Part shown: positions 11,038 through 23,200 of the stretch, piece by piece | How the letters are laid out: each line of letters starts with the position of its first letter | How positions within the stretch are numbered: position 1 is the stretch's first letter | NCBI RefSeq assembly: GCF_038025025.1 | Contig: NW_027117340.1 | Coordinates: 1,302,001 to 1,366,000, forward strand | DNA length: 64,000 nt | Source: Phyllosticta citribraziliensis | Taxonomy: Eukaryota | Direction of reading: 5' to 3' | Made by a program: the position numbers and the translations under genes | Notes under the pieces: generated by a model | The model's input: the letters and a program-made list of their open reading frames with translations, nothing else | Database searches by the model: none | What the model was told of the DNA's origin: nothing

Positions 11038-11507
11038 GTGAGAGACTCCCCCGTTCTTTCGTCATCCGTTCAGCCTCCTGGACACTGCACCCACGACGAC
11101 GGCCCGCCTGCCATCCACCGTGACGACAATTGTACGCCGCCAGCCCTCTGGCCTCGCGTGCGACTGCTTCTGCGACGTTGATGGCGTCGCCGCGTTGCGC
11201 GCTGCCTTCTGCCCCACGTGTCACTACGACTCCTTACGACGCCCCCTTCCTCGAGGCCGACCGCACGCCTGCCGACGACGCGATCCGCATCCTTCACCCC
11301 ACCGCCCTGCTCCATCCCGCCGCCTCGCTGCCACCTCTCCACTGCAGTCTGTGGCAGTCGGCGACCCTTATCGCGTCGCGAACCTGCCCCGCGCTGTCCG
11401 TCGACACCTGCCACCGGCCCCGCAGTCATCAACGTCGCATCGAACCCTGCTTTCCATCATCATCATCATCATTGCATCGAGCCAACACTAACATTCGCGA
11501 CTTGCAG
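11038..11507 (+). other. Probable 470-nt 5'-UTR intron of the 14-3-3 gene
   Basis: CAG|GTGAGA donor after a CT-rich leader, CTAAC branch point at 11488-11492, and TTGCAG acceptor 16 nt before the ATG. Confidence 0.6.
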
Positions 11508-11523
11508 AAAACAAACATTCACA

Positions 11524-12685
<1,162 letters not shown>

Positions 12686-13265
12686 TAAACACTACTAGAA
12701 GTTTGCGATAACCCCCCTGGTCTCCCTTTTTTCATTTCCCCTGGTCTTTTCCAGTAGTCCCCTCTCACGGCCCTTTTCCCCCCCACCACAAACACCCAAC
12801 TTTTCCTGCCCCAACCCCTTTTATAGTCAGTCGACTCTATCACAATCACGATGGCGCGTTCTGCAGCTGTACGGTCTTAGACCCTCTTATGAATTTTCCA
12901 AATGCCAAAAAACAAAATAAGGACTCTTCATGACCTAGGTCCCTAGAATTGGAATCCTGTCCCTTGCGTGAGTCGCGCATTGTTGACGTGTGATGCGTGA
13001 AGGTGTCGGAGCTGGTCGAGGCTTTCACATGCTAGCAAAGAGGCGGCAGTCTGGTTCTGGACCCGTGGAGAGCGTTCCTGTCTACGCCGACGATAAATCC
13101 CGGTGCAGTGACTTGAGTCTACCTTGATTGGGCTTGGCTGCCTGCCCTACTGGATTGGCTTGGTTGGGGCTGGCCATGTTCGCTTGAGACTTGACATGAC
13201 GTTTGATGCGTGGTCTTGTTGACAGGTGCGATGGTATGTATATATGTACGTCTCAAATCAAGACG

Positions 13266-13268
<3 letters not shown>

Positions 13269-13311
<43 letters not shown>
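13269..13311. repeat. Poly-G homopolymer (43 nt)
   Basis: Uninterrupted G run. Confidence 0.95.
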
Positions 13312-13312
<1 letters not shown>

Positions 13313-13530
13313 AATGGAAAGATGGAACGGCCGGTGCGTGTCGTGACGACGTACGTGGGTGCGGACGGTGGCAGATGAGAGGAACATGTCACCGAGTCAA
13401 TGGGCAAATGTACATGTATATGGACGAGGAAGAGGAAGAGGAGGAGGAGGAGGAGGAGTTGCTTCGTTGATTTGACGCAGTAGTGCCGCCAGCTCTCCAG
13501 CACGCGTGTGGCGCGCAGTCAGCCTGCGCC

Positions 13531-13586
13531 TTCTCCTCAACGCTCGCCCTGCTGCTCATTCTCCTCAACGCTCGCCCTGCTGCTCA
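13531..13586. repeat. Perfect 28-bp tandem duplication
   Basis: TTCTCCTCAACGCTCGCCCTGCTGCTCA at 13531-13558 and 13559-13586. Confidence 0.9.
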
Positions 13587-16500
13587 ACGCCATTCATTCG
13601 TTGATTTTCGTTCCCCTCGCCACTCTCGAGCAGCAGTGACACGTACAAGCGTGTATGTTCGAGAATTGCGATTGGAAAGCGAGGCGGCTGGCGTGGCGGC
13701 AGCATGGATGGAGTGCGTGGTTCGATTTGCAGGCTGGAAAATTGAACGGGAAAGATGGATGTTGGAGAGTGACCGTCAGTTTGTCAGAAAGTCAGTCATG
13801 TCGACAGCGCGTCGACATGCTCTTGAAGAAGAGGCAAAAAGTAAGGGAGAGGAAGGGGGAAAAAGACAAGCTTTCGGCGGAGCTTCTTGCGGCACCTCAT
13901 TCGCGTCGGCGAACAGTTCAATTCGATTCTCTCTCCCTCTCCCCCTGAAATACAACCTACGAGGTAGACAAGGGTGATGAGAGGAGAAAAGGAGACTTGA
14001 CAGCCCACGCATCAAAGGCGAGTAGAAGGAGAGAGTTCCAAGTTGGACGGCCCTCGCTGCTGGTCCGTCATGGTGTCGAGAGCTCCATCGGCGTCACTGA
14101 CACCGCCTGGCGATTTACCGTTGAGCTGATTCCTGACGGATCGTGCGTTTTGCATTGCAAAACGCCAGAGACGGAGACGCCGATGTTTAAAGTTCCGCCT
14201 ACATTACCCCTTGGGAAGGCGTCGAAGACGTGTGCGCCGGCAATCTTCAGCCCGCTCCTCCAGCGATTCCCCGACCTGCCCGCCCATCGAACAAGAGGAC
14301 AATGTGGGCGGACGGGCCGTGTGTTTCTTCCTCGACTCAAAATCCGCCGCTGCCTCTGCATGCATGTTTCAGTCGAGTGGACACGCCGTTTGATGCGCGC
14401 GCGCGTGCGGTTGCGGGAACACGTGGGACGTGCCAACCGTCCGATGGCCAGCGAAGACGACGCATAGACGGGCGAGGCACGTTGCTACCGAACGTGTTGC
14501 CCGGGTTTGAGAACGAGAGGAGGCGAGGCAGTCGTGCTTGAATTTTTCGTTTTGGTCATTTTCGTCTCGGTCTCGAGTCGTGCCGCTCGCTCGCTCGCTC
14601 GCTCGGTACGATGCGGTACGATACGCGCGGATGGTGTCGCGCGACGAATGCACCGACGAGAGGCAATCCGAAGCAGACGAGCGGAAATAGCGGCGCGTCC
14701 GTCGTCCGAATGAACTGGGACTAAAGGAAATTTTTCTTGGGAGAAAGAGCAGATTTACGTATAGATGACGAACTACTCAGGGCAAACTTGCGATTACGAC
14801 TGAGGCTGAGCGAGAATTGGAGACTTGCCTACCGTATCTGACCGGCAGTGGGCAGTCTGCCTGCCCGTTCTCAGCTACCCGCAGCAGGAACCAGCGGCTC
14901 CAACTCGGTCCAGCAGTGCTTTTAGCTGATGAGGCTGAGGATGAACCGAGACGACGCGCATCTGCCTCGCGGTTGTCGGCTCGTCGACGTCTGCCTCCGA
15001 CGAGGTCATCGAACCAGTAGCCGAGAGCAACCGCGTGGCAAATCAAAGACGCGCAATTGCTTACTCTACTGGGCGAGCGAAAGCGGAGGACAGCCGTGAA
15101 TCGAGCGGTCCAACGCGGGAAAAGGGAGTGTCGCTCTCACAACGTGCTGAGCGGAGACGTCCGAAGCTCGCAGCGCAAAGTGAAGCTGGCAGTCTCCGTC
15201 CGTCTCCCTACGACAGGGCAGAAGGGCAGGGCAGAGAAGGGCAGGGCAGGGTCATGGGGCAGGCAGAAAAGGCGTGCGGTTGTTTTGTGATGAATGATTT
15301 GCAGGAGTCACGTCTTTGTGTGGAAAGCCGTTTATGCGTGCGTGGTAGCGGAATCAGGGAACAGGAACGCCATGAGCTCGTGCACCACGCATTCGGCCGA
15401 GTGGTGTCCATGCCTCTACAATGGTGACATTGCTGCGTGGCAGCACTGACGGGAGAAGGCAGGACAGGGCTGAAGACGGAGTTCTGGCAGGACCTGAGCG
15501 CGACCAGGGCGTGGAAAGAAGCGGGAGAAAGAGCAGATGAGTGCGGTTGTGTGTTCTGGAAGACATTTGGAAGGATGGTGATGATTTGCAGCTAGAGGAG
15601 ACGAGACGAAATGAGGTGCAAATGATGAGGCACGCATTACCAAATGTGGAAATTGACGATGCAAGAAAAATACAAAGTGGGCAGCGAGCAGTGGACCGGA
15701 GTCTGAAGGAGAGAGATGGTCGTGTCAAAAGCTTGATGCAGCGAGTCAGCAGCCATGTTGATTGATGCCCAGGGGGCTTGCAGCGGGAGCCAGGAGGTGC
15801 GGGCTGCCCGCAGATGGAGACGCGCGACGCGACGCGGTTCCCCGGTTTCTGGACATGATCAAATGATGTAGAAGGTTCTGGTGGGCCTCGTGACTGGTCC
15901 CTGGACGAGTCGGGGGATTGGACAAATGGTCGGGAGGGGGTTTCGCGGTTGGATGGTGATCAGCAGGCGACGGAGGGGAATCGAGGAAAGGAGCGGCGGA
16001 CGCTTTGACAGCTCACACAGCGGAAGACTGGCAGGGTCGGATGGATGCCCTTGGGGAAACGGAGCTGTCTCGCTTGAGGGTGCCGCGGTACGTAGAGAGG
16101 CGCAGGGTTGAGCAGTGGCGATGGTGCTGTACCTGTCGTGATGGTGAAGGGGAATAATGAATGGGTTGAAGACAGTCGAGGCAAGTCCGGGATCCGGCTG
16201 GGCTTCCGTCACGGATGACGCGAGGTGGTGAAGTTATTTTTGCGCTTAGTGGTGGACGAGCAGAGCAGGCCAGGAGGCCTAATGAAGCACCGCCGCTTCG
16301 CCGCATGTTGCCTCTACCAAGGTCCGGGTGGGCTTTGTTCGGCACTTTTGTCGTGGAGAAATTTTTCGCCTACATGAATTTTGCAGAGGCCAACGTTTTG
16401 ACGGGCCAGAAGGAAGGGATTCGTCGGTGGTGGTCCGCGGAGGGATTTGGAGCAGAGGCCGCAGTAGAATCTTAGATGTCGGTCATGAGGCACGGGGCAA

Positions 16501-16799
16501 TGGTGGGGTTGCATCTGCCAGGTCAGAGCAGTCAGCAGTCAATCAAACACAGGGACCTCGGGCCGATGGCAGCAGCGGGCAGCTTGGACAGCCAGGACGA
16601 CGGAGGCGGAGACGGAGACGGAGACGCGTCGGCCTGATTCAAGCCACGTCCAGCTTCACTCATGATACGAGATTGGCGGTAGGCGAGGGGGGCAGAGAAG
16701 GGCGAGGGTGGACAGAGACAGGTAGGACGAAGCGGTTGCGTGGACCGTGGCGGATCAGCGAGTTGATGGGCGGACCAAATATATTGGACGTAGGAAGTT

Positions 16800-17480
16800 G
16801 GATGCGGTGGGTGGATGGATGGATGGATGGGATGGGATGGGATGGGATGGTGAGGCCTTGGATGGATGGATGGATGGGTGGATGGATTGGATCAATGGTC
16901 GGTGGCACTCGGCAGTATCCGAGGGGGAAGGACAAGGACCCTGCAACGACGCTCCTCTGGTCTGACCCGGCGAAGACGACCAGCTGCACCACCAAGGAAC
17001 CAAGCACGCAGCGCAGCGACTTGTTGTTGTGCGTGGGTGGTGAGTAGACACACAGCTTGTTTGACTGTTGACCGGGCTGATCATCATCTCTTGTCTGGCT
17101 TGACATCATCGGCCGAGTGGACGGGGCGATCACCTGCAACGGTCTTGGTCTCGCTCCTGGTCCTGAAGTCGCTGCCCGGCTCGTGCTACCCGCGACATTC
17201 ACTGAGGTGAGGCCACTGGTCCTGCCTGCCCTGCCCTGCCCTGCCTTGCCCTGCCTGCACTGCTCTGCTCTGCTCTGCTCTGCACTTTAGCTCCGCGTCC
17301 CCTTCTCTCTCTTGTCCCTTCCCTTCGTTCCCTTCCTGACCGACCACTCGCTTTTTTCCCTCTCCCTCTCCCTCCCGCCGCAAACCTCGCTCCATCCCTC
17401 CCCTCCCCTCCCCTCCCTCCCGCTGCCTCTGCCTCTCTTCGCCGCCCTTTCTCCGCCGCCGCCGCCGCCGCCGCCGCCCG
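16800..17480. repeat. Microsatellite-rich promoter region: (GGAT)n/(GGGAT)n, (CCCTG)n, (CTCTG)n, (CCG)n
   Basis: Simple repeats visible at about 16811-16890, 17221-17283 and 17452-17478, upstream of the DUF2205 gene. Confidence 0.8.
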
Positions 17481-17623
17481 AAACAGGGTCCACCTCCCGC
17501 CAAAATCTTCTGCTTCTGCTCCTCTCGACACGACTCTCCAACCCCCCCGCCACGTGCTTCCTTGCATCTCCTCCCGGTCCACTCCCTCCATCAGCCCATC
17601 ACCCACTCCTCCAACACCACACC

Positions 17624-18275
17624 ATGAACCCTCCTGCCCCCACCTCGGACGCTGCTCCCACCTCGACCATGCCTCAAACCGCCCACGATCCCCAAAGCTC
17701 CTCCGCCATCATCGACGACGAATACGTTAGCCCCGCCTCATCCTCGTCCTCCATCAACGAAACCGCCCAACAAAACAACATGCCCAGACCGAAGCTCGGC
17801 AGCCGCAAATCCTCCGGCACTATCATCATCCCGCGCGACAGCCCACAGGTCGAGCTTGGCGAGGAGGAGGAGGAATACGACGAAAACGACGCGCGAACCA
17901 TGAGTCCGCGCAGGACCAGCGAGGAAATCGAAAAGATTAGCCAGGAAGCTCGCGAGGCCCTCATCCAGTGAGTCATGCCACCGCCTCCCCTCCGAATCTC
18001 TCCTCTGACCTCCTCCTTCCTCCAGACAAGCAAAGGCTCTCCAAGCCAGCCTACTCAGCATCGTCGACCGCGTCGAGTCGGTGCGCTGCGAGCACGAGAA
18101 GCTCGAGGGTGGAAACCGCTTCCTTCAGTCGTAAGCCCTTGCCGCCACCCCCAGCCACAGCACAAACTCCCACTGACCCTTCCCCAGATACATTGGCGAG
18201 CTCATGCAGACGAGCAAATTGACCGCCGCCGGCGCCGCCAAGTCCAAGGTCACCAAGGGCCGTCCGCTGAAATAG
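17624..18275 (+). CDS. Short coiled-coil protein, DUF2205 / SCOC / yeast Slo1-like, 178 aa
   Basis: Exons 17624-17967, 18026-18130, 18188-18275 (537 nt). RTMSPRRTSEE followed by the coiled coil QAKALQASLLSIVDRVESVRCEHEKLEGGNRFLQSYIGELM. Confidence 0.8.
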
Positions 18276-19177
18276 ACATCAGCCGCACCTCCCGACGCGT
18301 CGCGGTTCCACAGGCGGCGACTCACGTTCCGAAATCGCTATCGCATACACCCGCCTCACACACCATCAACTGCCGTCGATGCCACCACATTTCAACACAA
18401 CATGCTCCGCCGGACGGGAAGACCGCATCACACACACACACACATACTACCACTTTGAAACGACTTGTACACTCCTCGACTCTCACGGCCTCCCGGCGCA
18501 AAGCGATACCCGCTCCCGCAACCAACTGCATACACTCGACCGCTCTGCGGCACGAATGCTCGCCTTTTTACTCGCGTTTACGAAGCGTGCATAGCGAAGG
18601 CTTGTTTGGCGTTCATGGGCGTCTTTTGGCTTCATTTCGCGACGGTCCGCGTCACACCACCCACGCAAAATAAAAAATCAAATCACCGCTGTCGCTCTGT
18701 CACACCCGACCAACGGCGGATCAATTTGAGGATACCACGGGCCTGGGTGGCCACCGTCGCCGGCGTTTTATTTGTCATTTTGGGGCTTTGGAGGGGAATT
18801 CCAGGGGGGGCGTTTGCCAATCTAGTTACCCCACGGCACCGCACCATCAGGTAGCCAGCCGTACATTCTTTTTCCGCTTCTTCTCTAAAGAGTTATTTTG
18901 CGCTTCTATTGTTCTGGCATTGCATAGGGTTCCAGGTTATTTGGGATGAGACGAGACCTTGGTGGATATACCGCCCTTTTTCCTTGTATTCTTGGTTTTC
19001 TTCATCTTGCATTTTCTGCGGGGACCCATCAGCTAACCCTGGGTCTCCCAATCCCCCCTTTCTGTTGTCCAGTTCTGTGCAGCAACCAAGGGCAAAAGAA
19101 CCAAATTGATTTTTTCCGCTCTTGACGTCTCTCTACCTTTCGAATTATTGTTTATTTTCATCACTTTTACTAGGTCC

Positions 19178-19197
19178 TTTTTTTTTTTTTTTTTTTT
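19178..19197. repeat. Poly-T homopolymer (20 nt)
   Basis: Uninterrupted T run. Confidence 0.9.
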
Positions 19198-20247
19198 CTC
19201 TCTCTGAATGGGTTGGGGGATGCAAGAAGCAGCACGGTCACTGGTGAAGGAAGGGAAGTGGAAGATACGATAACATCAACTGTTGGCCAATCAAACACGC
19301 AGTAAGAGACAGAGACAAGAAATCAAAGTCGGGGAAACAAGGGAGAGACGACGACGTGGTGGCGGGCCCGGCGGGCGTCGGGCGCTTAAGGTAGAGGAAG
19401 GGGTTGCCATTTTGGGGAAGGCCGATCAGGCAGGCACCCAGACAACAGAAGAGACACAGGAGACAGAAGAATGGACAATACCTACGTATGATGCGCTCTT
19501 GCATCACATCACACGTCACACATGACCTGTGATTATTTATTGATGATGCTTGGGGGGGAGGGGTGGGATGCAAGGGGGCGGCGCGACTACGGGAGCAGGA
19601 GTAGCAGCGCGTCACTTGTATCTGGTGTGTTTCTATTTTTTGAAGAGAAGGGGAGAGCCGGCCAGCACTGACTAACCACCGGGACTTGCGCGATGCACGC
19701 TACGTGGGTGATGATGTACATGGGTCCTGATTTGCGCTGAAGAGGACCTAGGGAGAAAGATTTGGTGGGTGGGCATTCAAGGGAATAAATAGATTGTTGC
19801 TGAAGGTTGGATGGTGGACGACGGGAGTAGTGAAAACTTGGCCTTTATTTGCCCGACTATTCTGATGAACAGTGTACATGACCGTCAACGTGGACTACTG
19901 TATGTATACTTGCCTGCACACGTACTTCCTTCAAAACCTTTCTTCATACCAGAGAAGAGGAGGAGGAGGAGGAGGAAAGAATGAAAGACCAAACAGACGC
20001 AGGGCAAAACTCAATTGGCCGGGCCAAACGCCACCCCTCGGCGAGGTGTGTAGAAGAGAATGGCCATCTACTACCGAAGCCTTCCTTCCTTGTCGAGCGA
20101 AGGAGAGGCAAGCCAAGGCAAAGCAGGGTCCAATACATTACCGCCAGCAACCTCCCAACGACAACAACAACAAAGAAGGAACGAAGAAAGCAGGGTCCAG
20201 AGCCAAGCCAAGCCAAGCCAAGGCGCGCGCATCGTCACCAGCGCGTG

Positions 20248-20277
20248 TGATGATGATGATGATGATGATGATGATGT
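20248..20277. repeat. (TGA)n microsatellite
   Basis: About 10 TGA units. Confidence 0.85.
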
Positions 20278-23200
20278 CGGCAAAGTACATTAGGTAAAGG
20301 TGGTTGGCGGCGGGTACCACTTGTAGGTACGGCGAGGAGTGGAGTGCAGTAGTAGCAGGCGGGCGGGCAGGTGGTGGACTGGTGGTGGCGGCTAGGTACG
20401 GAGTAAGCGATTGGCTGACAGCCTTACGACGCCCCCCGCCGTGCCGCCGCCGATGATGGAGGTGGTTGTGGTGGTGGCGTGGCGCCACGTTCAACGTCCG
20501 TCAGGGTCTTCTCGCTGCTGCTGCTGCTGCGGTGTTGCATCACGACTACAGAAATGTACAGAGAGTACAGCGAACCAATGTAGCTGCTTGTCCTCTTTTT
20601 TTCTCCGTTTCGCCTCCCGCTGGATTGATTGCCTTGCCCCGGATGAATTGTCCTGCCCGCTTGCTCCTGCCCGCCTTTTCGCCTCGTCAATAATTACTGG
20701 TTACTTGGAAGTAGACAGGCAGGCAGGCGGGCGGGCAAACAGTCATTCAGTGACGTCGGATGGCAACCAAGCAACCGAGCAAATACTTTGTCACCGTCTT
20801 CTCTTTGTCTGTATGTTGCCCATCATATCCAGGTATGTCAGCATCGTCACACGTCTCACCACCACCACCACCACGATGATCATCTGCTGCTGCACCATCA
20901 TCATCATCGGAGGATTACTGCTCCCCGCAACAGTCAGAGTATGTACCATCCATGGTGCAGAGCAGTAGCGAGGGCAGCAAAATATCCATCTCTCGACCAT
21001 CCTGGTGTGCTCAACTGCTTACCAGGAGGAGTATGTAAGTGGGAAGGAATCGCGCCGCTGCCGTCATGTCGACAAAGGCATCATGTCAAGAGTGCGAGTG
21101 AGCAGAAAAATATCTCCCGTTCCTACCCACGTACCTTGTTGTCACTTTTGCGTCTCCTCTCTCTCTCTCTCTCTCTCTTTTCCTTTTCCATGAAAAATTT
21201 GCGCTCTTGCGGCTCAATCTCTGTGGTTACAAAAGGCAAGGCAGCACGGCGAGGCGGGCCGTCTGTCCGTGGGTAGTGGCAACGTGACGCATTCAAATTG
21301 ACGGTCGGGCCTATCTACGTGCCTGTGACGAGGCGAGTGGCGGAGGCGTTGGCCGGTCAGTCGGTCGGTCAGGGCGGTCATTCAGCGTGCGTGAAGGAGA
21401 GGGTGGTCGATGGAGGGGGAGAAAAGTGAGGTGTCAAATGAATCTTCCTTGGATTTCTTTCTCACTCAAACGCTGAGAAACGGCCTCAGAAGGTGGAAAG
21501 TTAGAAAAGCAGCACTGGCAAAAGGGAAAGACTAAAACAAGAGAACGACCGGAGAAGAAGAAATAAAATCGGAAAAAAAAAGCTGCAACAAACCAATCAG
21601 TCAACCAACCACCAAAATTCCGCCATCTACCCAAGTAACATCCGGTACGTACAACGTCCCTTCTTTGCTGCCCTTTCTGGTCCCTCTAGGTACTTCTATT
21701 CTTTTCATGCCCACATCCGTCACACGGGTGCGGCCTGCCCAACCTTGCGTTTTCTCTGCCTTACCTTGCCCGGTTACCTACCTTGCACGTCCCATCCCGT
21801 TCGACCATCTCGCCACCACACCACGACGTCATCTCACCCAACCTTAAAATCACATGCACGCCACCACCGTTGGGCATGGCATGTAGGGCAGATCGTCGTC
21901 GTCGCCCGTAACGACGACAACAACAACCCGCGGGGGAAGCGTGGGGGTAACAATAGTTGTAGCTGTAAGCTGATTGCTTTGCTACCATTCGTTGTGGAGG
22001 AGTGCGACTGTGTTTTCGGATGGTTTGGCTTGATCTTCGTGTCGACGACAGGTAATTGGCTCTTGTTGACCGTAGATTGGTATGCAGACATGTTGGAATT
22101 TGCGGCAGGTGCCGTGTGGTTTGCTCGTTCGGATTGAAGTCGAACATTTGCTCTCTGTCGTAGTGCTAGAGTGCAACATCTTGTTTTGAGTGACTGTGAT
22201 AGGAAATTTCGGGTAAGGTTCTTGGCACCCTCGAAGAGACGCAGAAGAAAAAGCAGGAGTCCAATCTCTGGTAGAGTGGAATGTCGGAGGTAAAAGGACA
22301 TGGAGCAAAGAATGCGCTCTTGCTAGTCGCCAACGCCGAAGACGGTAAGAGAAATGAAAGAGACTTAACGACTAGGTGTTGAAGTTGACTGAGTGAAAAA
22401 CGCTTAGCTTGCTGATCGCTGTCTATACTCGCTGGACTAAAGCTGTTTGGCTGGTTCCAGCTGCAGCTCGTCCGTATCTTCGAGCCGTTTAAACGACGAC
22501 ACAGATACATCTGTTGGCGCACCGTACAAGGCCGCCAATGAGAGCACTCGTCATCTCAGCATCAGCTGGGCTACAGAAGGGACCTACCCCCTGCTAATCT
22601 CGCACCTACCCCTCTTCCTCGACCTTGCCTCAATTTCGGGCAAGCCAAGCGGGCAAAAGGAGTCCGGGGGCGTCAGCAGGACGGAGACAAGGCCGTGAGT
22701 GAGCACCGCGTCTTCAGACCTGGGGGCCACCATATCTAAACAGCGCAAGCTCTGAGCAGGGACGCAGGCAGGCGATAGGAATTTCTTGCAGGCGCACATG
22801 ATTACGCATAGGTAGGGTATTGGTAGCTTCGCCTATCGCGTGCCCGTCTGCGAGTAACTCGGCTGGGTTCCAAGTCGGATCAGCTCCGCACAGCAGCAGC
22901 AGCAGCCAGAGCCCCGTGGCATCAAACCGAGAGGCGTACGTGTCGGTGAGAGCGTTGATAACTATGGGCAGGTAAGCAAGCCCACGCACGTCCGGGACCG
23001 GACGCGGACGCAGACGCAGAAGCCCACCTACCTACCTACTGTACCGGCTAGCCAGTCTGCCTGCCGCCCAATCCGGGAGACTGTGCTGCCATCGTGGGTT
23101 TTGAGACGCCAACCTTACGCTACACAGTCACCGCTGTGGGTGCGGATGTGATGCACATGAGCGGACGGAATGGAGCGAGCGGCGAAGCGGCGCCCGGCCT

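Noticed and set aside
12700..17600. Many 60-240 aa ORFs
   Set aside because: They are low-complexity Arg/Gly/Ser/Pro translations of GC-rich microsatellite DNA, with no domain motifs or consistent splice model.
19021..19050. Telomerase RNA template (CTAACCCT)
   Set aside because: It is only an 8-nt match, lies in a hairpin loop downstream of the DUF2205 gene, and I saw no pseudoknot or CR4/5 features. The CCCTAA hits I found fall in a NIK1 intron, in coding sequence or in isolation.
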